From: Spirochaetia bacterium
GTDB lineage: Bacteria; Spirochaetota; Spirochaetia; UBA9216
DNA: 64,000 bases
Direction of reading: 5' to 3'
Assembly (NCBI GenBank): GCA_963677925.2
Contig: CAXXYH010000003.1
Location: forward strand, 1,024,001 to 1,088,000
The position numbers were made by a program, and so were the translations under genes. Shown here piece by piece: positions 1-9,496 of this stretch. Under the pieces are notes generated by a model that made no database searches, was not told the origin of the DNA, and saw only the letters and a list, made by a program, of their open reading frames with translations. Position 1 is the stretch's first letter. Each line of letters begins with the position of its first letter.

Positions 1-1410
1 ATAATACCAGTCCCTGTATTCCGGATTAAGCTGGTCAAGAAAAGCTTCGGCCTTACCGTATCTTTCATTGGAGAAAAAGTTATAGATGGCATATTCGAGT
101 GCCGGAGCCAGATTATTTTCTTCTGCAAGCGATAGCATTTTTTTCTCATAGCCTGCAAAATTCCCCTCCGCTCTTTCCAGCATTGCCTGCTGCCATTCCA
201 GCAGGATGCTGAAAAATTCAGGCTCAACTTCCGATAAAACCTGCCTGGCCTGTTCATTCCAGCCCTTCTTTTCCAGAGCATAGGTAAGCCAGAATCTCAA
301 TTCCGATGATTCCGGATTATCATCAATACCGGTACATAGTTCATTTAAATACGGATCAAAGATTCTTTCATCTTTAAAAAGTTCAGAATAGAGGACTGAA
401 CGTTCCATCCAGCGGTCGGTAGCCTTATAAAACGAGGCATTGAAAGACGACGACTCTTCCCTGCTGCTGCATTTCACCAGCAGATTATATCTGCCTGCAG
501 GCAGCTCCCGGCGGAGATATATCACATTCTCACCTGAATTATAATCAGTCAATTCTACAATCTTTTCATTATCAAGCCAGGCTTCAAAGCTGCCGCTTCG
601 ACTGAAAACAAGCTCATATTCACCGGGGGCTTCCACTTCAAGGATGCTGAATGCGTATATCGAAGCATAGCCGGGCTCACTGTAATAACTGCTCACAGGA
701 ATTTGAAGAGAAGTATCTGTTAAGAGAGGCTTATACGGTTCCGGTTTCCAGTTATTTTTCCCGGCTGAATATTCTCCGAAACCGAAGTTTTTTTCATCTT
801 CAATCCTAACATAATCATAGCCGATACCGCATCCTGAAACATTGGAAAAGGGTCCCAGGAACTGCCAGCCGGTAACAAGATTCATTTCAGATTTAATCTT
901 CTCACAAACTTCAGCTTCACCGGTCGAATTATATCTGTAGTCAAAAAGCAGGGTCTGATATTCACGGGCAGCCCAGTTCGGAGTATTTCGATCGTGTATG
1001 ACTTTTTCGAGTGCATTCAAATACAGCTGATAGTCTGTATTTGAATACAGACAATAATCACTTAAAAAATTCGCAGCCGGAATAGAAACAGGATCCAGCG
1101 GAGCCTCTTGAATTGATGAAGACAGGTGGGGAAAAGCATTAAAATCATCATTCATGAAGTATTCAGCAAGGCCCCTGCCCCTTAGTGCAGCGGAATCAGG
1201 CAGCATTTCATTATAGGCAGCAGTGAAAGTCCCTGCAGCTCTGCTGAAATTACCTGCATACAGTTCCTCCCAGCCCTGATCTAACTGAAGTTTTATCGAA
1301 TTCTTCAACTGAAGCAGATCTTCGCTGTTTTCCGCGTTCTCCGGAACTCCGGCGCAGCCATACAGCATCAGCATGATAATGATCAGCAGGACAACGAATC
1401 TTTTAGACAT
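1..1410 (-). CDS. Large TPR-containing lipoprotein, N-terminal part (truncated by window edge); N-terminus resembles DUF3857/transglutaminase-associated TPR proteins
   Basis: Not in ORF track. Translated by hand from ATG at 1410: MSKRFVVLLIIIMLMLYGC (lipobox), TPR-like helices, GWQFLGPFSN motif; open through the ~330 codons translated, 3' end runs off the window. Confidence 0.65.
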   Translation of the reverse strand, partial: MSKRFVVLLIIIMLMLYGCAGVPENAENSEDLLQLKNSIKLQLDQGWEELYAGNFSRAAGTFTAAYNEMLPDSAALRGRGLAEYFMNDDFNAFPHLSSSIQEAPLDPVSIPAANFLSDYCLYSNTDYQLYLNALEKVIHDRNTPNWAAREYQTLLFDYRYNSTGEAEVCEKIKSEMNLVTGWQFLGPFSNVSGCGIGYDYVRIEDEKNFGFGEYSAGKNNWKPEPYKPLLTDTSLQIPVSSYYSEPGYASIYAFSILEVEAPGEYELVFSRSGSFEAWLDNEKIVELTDYNSGENVIYLRRELPAGRYNLLVKCSSREESSSFNASFYKATDRWMERSVLYSELFKDERIFDPYLNELCTGIDDNPESSELRFWLTYALEKKGWNEQARQVLSEVEPEFFSILLEWQQAMLERAEGNFAGYEKKMLSLAEENNLAPALEYAIYNFFSNERYGKAEAFLDQLNPEYRDWYY

Positions 1411-1499
1411 ATACTCAACCTTATTTTAATTGAACTTGTTATACTATTATGTTAAAAATATATCATGTAATTAACTATTTAAAGAATAACAGGATCCAT

Positions 1500-2666
1500 A
1501 TGAAAAAAATTTTTTTTACCATTCTTTTGTTTTTTTCTGCTTTGATCTGCTCATCAGCTAAAGATTCAGCCTTTCTGGAAACAGGAGCCTTTCTATTTAT
1601 AAACCCGGGCTGGCCGGGAACAGTTTATATCGATGGAAAAACTGTCGGTGATACTCCGCTTTTCATTTCTGATCTTTCAGCCGGAGCCCGGATGCTTCAG
1701 ATTCACGGAGATAACAGATTTTGTGAGATTAAACTGAAATACAATTCGTCTATCACAGAAACCACGATTTATTCACCTTCTCCTGAAAATTATTATGGAT
1801 ATCTTTCAATTTCATCTCCTGAAAATCCTGATATATATATCGATGGAGAACCGGTTAATGATACTGAATCCTGGCTTATTAAACTTGATTCAGGTCCGCA
1901 TGAAATTACTGCAGGCGGAAAGGATTATCTTTCCCGGACCTTTAACCTTATAATACCAGAACTTGAAACAGCCTACCTGACATTCAGTTTGAAGAAAGCC
2001 CATAAACTGCAGCTTACTCCTTCACTGCCGGAAAACACAACTATCACTCTGTTTAATACAGCAGCGATGGAAAAATACAGCTTTACGGAATCTGATGAGA
2101 TTACTCTAAGCAGCGGAAAGTGGCTTGGGGAAATATATAATCCCGATTATGAGAGGGCTGAATTTTCAGTTATGGTAGCAGATAAAGACTGTGAAATTCA
2201 GGTGGAGCTGGTCCAAAGCACTCCTAAACTGAAACTATCGGGGTTAAAACCCGAAAGCAGGGTTTTTCTCAATGACATGGAAGTCACCTCTTCAGTAAAT
2301 AATGGAATCATATCCATTCAACCGGGTAAGAATCAGGTATCTATATTTCATGAAGAATTTCTTCCGATTGTATTTAGCATTTTAAGTGAAGGAAGTACCA
2401 CGACTGAATCGGTGCTTGAGTATGTCAGGAATCCCGAATACGCCAGAAAAAAAGGAATCAAAGACGGAATCATCATTGGCGGAATAGGCTCGGCTCTTGC
2501 CGCAGCAGGGCTGCTTGCAACAAATAACAGTTTCCTGTCGAGTGTTTCCCCTGACTATGAAACCTACAGGATTTTAAAATATACTACGCTGGGAACAACT
2601 TTCTCCGGCCTGATTGTTGCAGTTACCGGCGGGGTTGTGAGCGGATACACACTCCTGAAATATTAG
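1500..2666 (+). CDS. PEGA domain-containing membrane protein
   Basis: Signal peptide MKKIFFTILLFF; PEGA-like repeats (VYIDGKTVGDTPL, IYIDGEPV, VFLNDMEV); C-terminal hydrophobic hairpin; start moved to second Met. Confidence 0.75.
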   Translation: MKKIFFTILLFFSALICSSAKDSAFLETGAFLFINPGWPGTVYIDGKTVGDTPLFISDLSAGARMLQIHGDNRFCEIKLKYNSSITETTIYSPSPENYYGYLSISSPENPDIYIDGEPVNDTESWLIKLDSGPHEITAGGKDYLSRTFNLIIPELETAYLTFSLKKAHKLQLTPSLPENTTITLFNTAAMEKYSFTESDEITLSSGKWLGEIYNPDYERAEFSVMVADKDCEIQVELVQSTPKLKLSGLKPESRVFLNDMEVTSSVNNGIISIQPGKNQVSIFHEEFLPIVFSILSEGSTTTESVLEYVRNPEYARKKGIKDGIIIGGIGSALAAAGLLATNNSFLSSVSPDYETYRILKYTTLGTTFSGLIVAVTGGVVSGYTLLKY

Positions 2667-2682
2667 GAAGCTGGAGAACCTG

Positions 2683-4338
2683 ATGAATAAAAGAAAAAAA
2701 AGTATATTAATATTTGCTGTAATTACATGCCTGGGCGCATGCGACGGTTTAGGCATTCTGGATGAACAGGGATTTTTCGTAGAAAAATATGATCTTGCAA
2801 CCGATATTGTTTCACCCGGTATAAATAAATATACCTACAGCGCCAGACCTGAAATTAAGTGGCTTGAGTCTGATAATATTATTTCATATGACTTTCAGCT
2901 TTCAGCTTCAGAGTCTTTCGGCACTTCCCTGCTTGCTGACATAAGCGAAAGCACAGCAGGCAGCTATACTCTAAGCCGGGATCTTCCGGACTACGGCAGG
3001 TACTACTGGCGCATCAGAATGACAATGACAGACGGAACAGTAACAAGCTGGTTTAACTACGCCTTTGCCTACCTTGATGAAAGTACTTTCGAACATTTTG
3101 AAGATTTTGAAGAAGACGGATTTTCAACACAGCATTCCTGGTCCTTGTCCGGAGATACCCTCCCGTTTATCACTGATTCTACAGCATATGACGGTTTTCA
3201 CTCTGTAAAGTTTAATGAGGATGAGGCTGGTGATTCTGTTGACAACAAACTGTCGCTTGATTTTACAACTGATGAATACGGTTTCTTTTCTTTCTATTAT
3301 AAAAATATCGGAGAAGATTCCAGTCTTTATTTCTATCCGGGAAATTACACAGACAGCATTACTGTTAATGAGGAAATCACGGAATGGACCCGGTACATGG
3401 TCTATATTGAACCGGATGATTATTATTTTTACTGGAATTATGAGCAAAGCTGGAATGCAGAAGCAGGTAATGCATACCTGGACTGTATTAGACTTGATCC
3501 GGTAGAAGGCCTGAATGATGATGATTTTGAGACAAATGACGGGAAGATGTCTACACTCAATAACTGGCTGATTGACGGTGATGTACTGCCGCACATAACA
3601 TCGTCAGAAAAATATGATGGAAATTACTCGGTCGAACTGGGAGATCCTGATAACTGGGGTGAAACGAACTTAAAAACTATCGCTGATTTTGAAGAAGACA
3701 GTATTCTTGGTTTCTGCATAAAAAACAGCAATTCTTCAGATAGTTTCTATTTCGACCTGGACGGTTCGACCATGTATTCTTTAAATGAAACTTTATCAGA
3801 CTGGACCATGGTATATGTTTACATCACAGCAGGCCGGCACTCTCTGGACTGGAGTTATAATGATTACTCAAGCGTATCAGATGCTAAGGTATGGATAGAT
3901 AGTATATCAGTTATCCCTGTTCCCGGCTTCATTGATGACAGCTTTGAAAACAGCGGCTCAGTGCTTTCATCAGATAACAGGTGGACTATAGGAGGTGATG
4001 GGCTCCCCTTCCTTCAGGCTGCTGAAGCGAGTGACGGAACCCAGTCAGTAGAGTTCGGGGACATCGGGTCCTATGATCAGTGCTGGTTTGAATTACTGGC
4101 CGACTTCTCCGCTGACGGAACGATTTATTTTGATACTCTGAAAGGCGGAACCAGCGGAAGATTATATCTCTACATTGACGGTAGTCAGGAAATTTATATA
4201 TCAACATCCTACAGCAGCTGGACAACACTGAATACCGCTGTCACAGCCGGTGTACATACCGTGAAATGGAGATATTACTCGTACAGTTCAAATCCTGAAG
4301 ACTGCTACATCGATAATATTCGATATGTTCCGGATTGA
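2683..4338 (+). CDS. Acidic surface lipoprotein with an Fn3-like domain and three tandem ~140-aa beta-sandwich repeats
   Basis: Lipobox (CLGAC); YYWRIR motif; three repeats of D-x-FE...W...GD-x-LP...DG..SV...Y/W-(L/I)D. Confidence 0.7.
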   Translation: MNKRKKSILIFAVITCLGACDGLGILDEQGFFVEKYDLATDIVSPGINKYTYSARPEIKWLESDNIISYDFQLSASESFGTSLLADISESTAGSYTLSRDLPDYGRYYWRIRMTMTDGTVTSWFNYAFAYLDESTFEHFEDFEEDGFSTQHSWSLSGDTLPFITDSTAYDGFHSVKFNEDEAGDSVDNKLSLDFTTDEYGFFSFYYKNIGEDSSLYFYPGNYTDSITVNEEITEWTRYMVYIEPDDYYFYWNYEQSWNAEAGNAYLDCIRLDPVEGLNDDDFETNDGKMSTLNNWLIDGDVLPHITSSEKYDGNYSVELGDPDNWGETNLKTIADFEEDSILGFCIKNSNSSDSFYFDLDGSTMYSLNETLSDWTMVYVYITAGRHSLDWSYNDYSSVSDAKVWIDSISVIPVPGFIDDSFENSGSVLSSDNRWTIGGDGLPFLQAAEASDGTQSVEFGDIGSYDQCWFELLADFSADGTIYFDTLKGGTSGRLYLYIDGSQEIYISTSYSSWTTLNTAVTAGVHTVKWRYYSYSSNPEDCYIDNIRYVPD

Positions 4339-4413
4339 CAGGTTATGGTGACAGATTTTAACGGATGATGTGTTATATCTATAGCATAGTTGAATGTATT
4401 CCAAGGAGATAGC

Positions 4414-5118
4414 ATGAAATATAAATTAAAAACATCAGTACTTCTGTTACTTGCAGGACTGACCATAGCCTTCAGTTCCTGTTCAACAATAAATAATCTG
4501 GCCGACTACGATCTTACCGGGACACCGATTGCCCTTGACCTTATGGCCCCAAGCAGACCTGAGGTTGATATCAGCTCAAGCTACTACGATACTGATGATT
4601 CAGTACTCGGTGCGGCTATACAGATTGGTGCAAACCTCATTAAAGCAGACCAGGAGAAGAGAACTCAGCAGAAACTTGAATCGGCTCTTAAGGGAATGTA
4701 CCTTCCGGAAATGGTTGGAGAACTGGTACTTGCACGTACAGTGCAGACGCTGGACGCGGTCAGAGTTGATAAGGTCAAAGAATCAGACGTGGTACTTGAG
4801 GTTGACATAGACCATTACGGCATTGAATCATATTCATCCGGGGCTCATATTGAAATGGTCATAGACATGGAAGTACGTCTGTACCATAAGATGAACCGCG
4901 AGATCATCTGGCAGAGGCATGTTAATACATCAAAGGATGTTACACCCGGCTTCTTCGGACTTGATGCCGTGGTAGGAGATGTTATGACCATTGCCGTCCT
5001 TGATAAACTTGAGGAGGCTGAGCTTGCGGAAGGCTTTGAGCGGCTTATGTACGAATCAATGGATGAAACCCTTGAACTCCTGCAGAAGGACATCAGGGAA
5101 GCAAGACGACGCGATTAA
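4414..5118 (+). CDS. Lipoprotein of unknown function
   Basis: RBS AAGGAG; lipobox AFSSC; 234 aa. Confidence 0.7.
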   Translation: MKYKLKTSVLLLLAGLTIAFSSCSTINNLADYDLTGTPIALDLMAPSRPEVDISSSYYDTDDSVLGAAIQIGANLIKADQEKRTQQKLESALKGMYLPEMVGELVLARTVQTLDAVRVDKVKESDVVLEVDIDHYGIESYSSGAHIEMVIDMEVRLYHKMNREIIWQRHVNTSKDVTPGFFGLDAVVGDVMTIAVLDKLEEAELAEGFERLMYESMDETLELLQKDIREARRRD

Positions 5119-5124
5119 ATATAG

Positions 5125-5165
5125 AAAAAGCCGTTATGCCGCAAAACCGTATAACGGCTTTTTTT
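5125..5165. terminator. Bidirectional intrinsic terminator
   Basis: AAAAAGCCGTTAT...ATAACGGCTTTTTTT between convergent genes. Confidence 0.85.
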
Positions 5166-5790
5166 ACCATATAACTTCCATCACCAGCTCTTCAGTATTT
5201 CCAAGCATATTCATCTCGAGCGTCGGGACAGTATAAGTAACGGTTCTGCCATCGGCGGACAGTTCTCCCATATTGTAGGAAACAATTGTTTTCGGTGCAG
5301 TTACAACAAAACTGATTTCGTATCCTTCAAAGAAGGGTTTCATCTGTGCCAGCTCCTCCTCGCTGACTTGTTCATCCGACGGTTCAGTAGCATCAGCTAT
5401 CTTCTGCCTGAATATCCATCGTTTTCCTTCATGTGTCAGAACAGCGTCCCCCAAAACATCAGTCTCTTCAAGCGCCACAAAGTTTTCAAAATCAATTACA
5501 GCTCTTATCAGATTAAACTCTTCTCCGACTTCCTCACTCACTTCCCTGACAGAGACTCCGGGCTGTTCACCGAGATCTTCCCGCAGCTGATCTGCACTTA
5601 AGGGAATTGAATCACTTTTCCCTCCTTCTGCAGCTCCCATCTGATAGAAAATCTGTGAAATTTTAAACTCCATTAGAATCGATCCGCTTCCGTCACGGTT
5701 GAAACTGGTATGAATCTTTGCACCCAGACAGGAATTAAGCGTAAGTACGACGGCAACTGTAAGAAAAATACCGGCTCTGGTTTTATACAT
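5164..5790 (-). CDS. LppM-like lipoprotein
   Basis: Lipobox LNSC followed by 'FNRDGSG'; RBS GGAGG before MYKTR. Confidence 0.6.
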   Translation of the reverse strand: MYKTRAGIFLTVAVVLTLNSCLGAKIHTSFNRDGSGSILMEFKISQIFYQMGAAEGGKSDSIPLSADQLREDLGEQPGVSVREVSEEVGEEFNLIRAVIDFENFVALEETDVLGDAVLTHEGKRWIFRQKIADATEPSDEQVSEEELAQMKPFFEGYEISFVVTAPKTIVSYNMGELSADGRTVTYTVPTLEMNMLGNTEELVMEVIW

Positions 5791-5841
5791 AGTTTTCCTC
5801 CGTTCCACAGCTCAGGCTGCTTATTTAAACTATATATAAAC

Positions 5842-6726
5842 TCAGTGCAGATTCATAGTTTTAATAAGGTTTTTTAGAACGGGTCTGGAATCATTGCCTC
5901 TCCAGGCAATGCCCAGATATGCAGGAGGAGAATCAGGAATTCCGAAAGTGCATACTTCACTGTTTTTCTCCAGCCTTGTATTGTGATCAAGCAGGGTAAT
6001 TCCCAGCCCGGCTTCAACACAGAGCATCAGACTTTCAAGTGAATTAAGTTTTCTGGTAATTTTGGGAGTGAATCCGGATCGGCTGCACTCACTTATAAAA
6101 CGGCTGTAGCCCTGAGGAGATTCCTCAGGAGATATTACAACAAAGTTTTCATCTTTCAAATCTGCCAAGGTCAGGTTATCTTTTTCAGACAGGGGATTTT
6201 TATGATTGATAGCAATGACTCCGCCGCCCCGGCTAAGCAGAATATTATAATTAAATTCCTGTGTACTGGTTATATCAAAACACATGGTAATTATAGCATC
6301 ATAGCATCCCGTTGCAAGTCCGGCACGCAGTCTGCTGAATCCTGCACGTTCAAGAATAATTTCAATGTGCGGATACTGTATTTCAAAGTCTTCAAGTTTC
6401 TTAAGAAGCGCTGCTGTAAGCTCCTGTCCCTCAAGTATCCCGATTGCGATCCTGCCGTTTTCTCCACGGCCGAGAGCCCTTGCCTGCTCGAATACACTCT
6501 CAATCTGCCGGGGGATTCCGTTCAGCTCATCGAATAACATCTTTCCTGCCTCTGTAAGATTTACGCTGCGCTTGGTCCTTACAAAGAGCTGAACACCGAT
6601 CTCTTCTTCCATCTGGGCAATGTGCTTGCTTAGATTGGGCTGAGCAATAAACAGTTTTTCAGCCGCCTGGGTAAAATTCAGAGTTCGGGCAACTTCTATA
6701 AAATACTTAATTTTGCTTATTGTCAT
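5842..6726 (-). CDS. LysR family transcriptional regulator
   Basis: N-terminal HTH (LNFTQAAEKLFIAQPNLS...LTEAG); substrate-binding domain. Confidence 0.95.
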   Translation of the reverse strand: MTISKIKYFIEVARTLNFTQAAEKLFIAQPNLSKHIAQMEEEIGVQLFVRTKRSVNLTEAGKMLFDELNGIPRQIESVFEQARALGRGENGRIAIGILEGQELTAALLKKLEDFEIQYPHIEIILERAGFSRLRAGLATGCYDAIITMCFDITSTQEFNYNILLSRGGGVIAINHKNPLSEKDNLTLADLKDENFVVISPEESPQGYSRFISECSRSGFTPKITRKLNSLESLMLCVEAGLGITLLDHNTRLEKNSEVCTFGIPDSPPAYLGIAWRGNDSRPVLKNLIKTMNLH

Positions 6727-6756
6727 GTTCTTAAGGTCATAATATCACTCTAATCC

Positions 6757-6772
6757 ATAACTCTCAAGTTAT
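6757..6772. promoter_or_regulatory. Palindromic candidate LysR binding site
   Basis: ATAACT-CTCA-AGTTAT between divergent LysR and flavoprotein genes (spacing one base longer than the canonical T-N11-A). Confidence 0.45.
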
Positions 6773-6904
6773 AAATTAGTCATACTTATTCCGTTTTATA
6801 TATAAAAATTACGGAAACTTATATTTCTCAGATTCAAATTACGATGTTACCCTGAATTTAACATTAAAAGAATAATAAATTATTGATAAAGGAAGGACTA
6901 TTCC

Positions 6905-7840
6905 ATGAAAATACTTGGAATCGCTGCCGGACGTAAAAACGGCAATTCTGAAATACTTATGAAAGAAGCCCTGCTCGCCGCAGAAGCACAGGGAGCAGAG
7001 ACCTCATGGTTCAATCTTCACAATGCAAAGATTATTCCCTGCACAGGATGCGAAGTCTGTACCATGCGCGTAGCAATGAAGCATGAAAGCCCCGACTGTA
7101 TCCACAAGGGTAAAGATGATATGGAAAAAATCATGACAGAACTTGCCGAGGCTGACGGTCTGGTTATATCTGTTCCTTCATTCTGCATGCAGCCCCAGGG
7201 AATCTGGCGTATTTTCACAGACAGATGGCTTCCTTATGAATGGGCCCTGCAGAAACAGGCCGGTCTTGTTGAAAAGGCTCCGGACAGGGTGGCCGGACTT
7301 ATTACCTGCGGCGGATCAACACAGAACTGGATGACAATGACGCTTGCTTCACTGAATGTTTCAATGTTCATGCAGTCAATAAAAGTCGTAGATATGATGA
7401 TGGCTACAGGTGTTGCAAGACCGGGACATGTAGTGCTCAAGGACGATTTTATAACAAAGGCTAAAAAGCTGGGAGAAAATGTTGCCGGCTCCTGCAGCAT
7501 CGAATATGACAAGGTCGAATATCTTGGAGAAGAGGAAGGCTTATGCCCTGTATGCCATCACAACCTGATCATGAAAGGAAAACCTCACTGGAACGGCCTA
7601 AAGTTCAAGTACGAATGTGCAATGTGCGGTGCCGGAGGGGATTTGACAGCTGATTCTACCAGAGAGATAAGCTTTGTACTCGCAGAGAACGGACTTGAAC
7701 ACTGCAGACTGTTCACAGAGGGCAGGGAGAATCATGGTGCAGAAATTGGACTGGTTCAGAAAACATTTTTCGAAAATATCGGCGAAGCAAAGTCAAAAAT
7801 GCCTCGCTATGAAAATTACAAGCCAAGAAAAATTCTTTAA
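6905..7840 (+). CDS. Flavodoxin-fold iron-sulfur flavoprotein (Isf/FMN reductase family) with C-terminal CxxC...CxxC metal ribbon
   Basis: GRKNGNS FMN loop; CTGCEVC...C; DDM; CPVCH and CAMCG. Confidence 0.85.
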   Translation: MKILGIAAGRKNGNSEILMKEALLAAEAQGAETSWFNLHNAKIIPCTGCEVCTMRVAMKHESPDCIHKGKDDMEKIMTELAEADGLVISVPSFCMQPQGIWRIFTDRWLPYEWALQKQAGLVEKAPDRVAGLITCGGSTQNWMTMTLASLNVSMFMQSIKVVDMMMATGVARPGHVVLKDDFITKAKKLGENVAGSCSIEYDKVEYLGEEEGLCPVCHHNLIMKGKPHWNGLKFKYECAMCGAGGDLTADSTREISFVLAENGLEHCRLFTEGRENHGAEIGLVQKTFFENIGEAKSKMPRYENYKPRKIL

Positions 7841-7886
7841 AAGAGTTTGATTTATCTTAAAAAAGACGAAACAGGAGAAGGATAGG

Positions 7887-9230
7887 ATGTCGACAAAAGA
7901 TTTATCACTGACAAAAAGCAATTTCGGTCGGAAGGGCTGGGGTATTCTGGTTCTTGCATTTTTCAGCATTCTTTTGATGAGCTCAATTATTTATGACTCG
8001 CTTAACGTAACCATTGAGGTGTTTGCACAGAAATTCGGAATGAACAATCCGGCACCGCTTTACCTTTTTTCAACGGTTGCCGCGTGGATTTCGGTAATCG
8101 GAGCAGTTATATGGGGTGCTATCTGTACAAAGAAGACAATTAAATTTGCATGGGCGATTGCATTGTTCCTTGGAACTGCAGTATGTATTCTCTGGGGTTT
8201 CGCACCAGGTCCCGTTGTTTATTTCATCAGTATTGCACTTGCAAGTGTTGCCGGTATGGGATTTGCTTATATCGCGAACCTCAATGTAATTTCCAACTGG
8301 TTTCCCCGCAAGAAGGGACTTGCAATGGGATGGGTGACGATCGCCTTCCCTCTTTCTGCTGTTGTAACAGTACCGCTGATGACAAATATTGTCAGAGCCA
8401 GCGGATTGACAAGTGTCTATATGATTTATGCCGTAGCAACATTCATCCTTGGACTTCTGGTTGTTTTCTTCGTAAAAGATTATCCTGAGCAGGCAGGAGC
8501 CTTTCCTGATAATGACAAAAACTTCGATCCTGAAGAAATGCAGAAGCAGCTTCAGGCAGGGCTTGAGTATCAGAAAAAATCGGTATGGCAGCCAAAAAAA
8601 CTTCTGAAAACAGGCAATCTTAAAAAGATTGCACTCTCTCTCGGAATAATGGAGCTGCTGTCACTTGGAATAATGACTAATTTTGTACCCAGAATGATGC
8701 AGATAGGTTTCCAGGAGAATGAAATAATTCCAATGCTGATGATGGCGGGAGTTATAGCAATGTTCGGAAGTTATCTATGCGGTATACTCGATGCAAAGGT
8801 CGGTCCCAAAAAAGCCGTCCTGATAACACTTATACTCGGGCTGTTTTCACTAATTCTAAACCTTGTAGGCGGCTACCTCAAGGTAGGCGGTAACGCAGGG
8901 GCGGCAAAGGCTTTGATGTTTGCGGCACAGCCCTTTCTGGGAGTAATGCTGGGCGGCGCTGCCAACTACCTGGTATCACTCACTACAACTATCTGGGGCA
9001 GATACGACTTTAATATGGCTTATCGGGTTTTAAAACCGCTTGTAGCAATAATCGGAGCCCTTGGTATAACTATAGTAGGCGGGCTCGGAAACACAGTAGG
9101 TTATTCATACGCTTATCTGGTTCTGGCCTTCCTTGCAGTAATTGCAATTGTATTTATTCTGATAGTAGATGATTCATATGTCGGATATTCAGAGAATAAA
9201 ACTGAAAAAGCAGTAATGGCAGAGGCCTGA
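7887..9230 (+). CDS. MFS transporter
   Basis: ~12 TM segments; WFPRKKGLAMG motif. Confidence 0.9.
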   Translation: MSTKDLSLTKSNFGRKGWGILVLAFFSILLMSSIIYDSLNVTIEVFAQKFGMNNPAPLYLFSTVAAWISVIGAVIWGAICTKKTIKFAWAIALFLGTAVCILWGFAPGPVVYFISIALASVAGMGFAYIANLNVISNWFPRKKGLAMGWVTIAFPLSAVVTVPLMTNIVRASGLTSVYMIYAVATFILGLLVVFFVKDYPEQAGAFPDNDKNFDPEEMQKQLQAGLEYQKKSVWQPKKLLKTGNLKKIALSLGIMELLSLGIMTNFVPRMMQIGFQENEIIPMLMMAGVIAMFGSYLCGILDAKVGPKKAVLITLILGLFSLILNLVGGYLKVGGNAGAAKALMFAAQPFLGVMLGGAANYLVSLTTTIWGRYDFNMAYRVLKPLVAIIGALGITIVGGLGNTVGYSYAYLVLAFLAVIAIVFILIVDDSYVGYSENKTEKAVMAEA

Positions 9231-9257
9231 TTATCAGACTCGGTCATAGATTCCCCT

Positions 9258-9287
9258 CCCCCTCTATGTAAGAGGGGGCTTTTTTTT
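9258..9287 (+). terminator. Intrinsic terminator
   Basis: CCCCCTCT-ATGTA-AGAGGGGG followed by T-run. Confidence 0.8.
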
Positions 9288-9496
9288 GATATTTTCAGGA
9301 AAAAGTATCAAAAGAGTTCCATCTGAACAGCCGCCCCCTGTTTTACCGCGCTGAACAGCAGCCCGGCCGGACAATAATCACTCAAAGATCATTTACATCC
9401 GCATCAGCGTATCTTAACCTTTATTAGGAGCACTAATTTACCATCAGCTAAAGAAATAATTCAGCAGTGCCGATCCTGTAATATAAAGGAGCCTCA

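Noticed and set aside
9320-9370. CTGAACAGC direct repeat in the MFS-MCP intergenic region as CRISPR or sRNA
   Set aside because: Only two 9-bp copies; no array, cas genes or convincing structure
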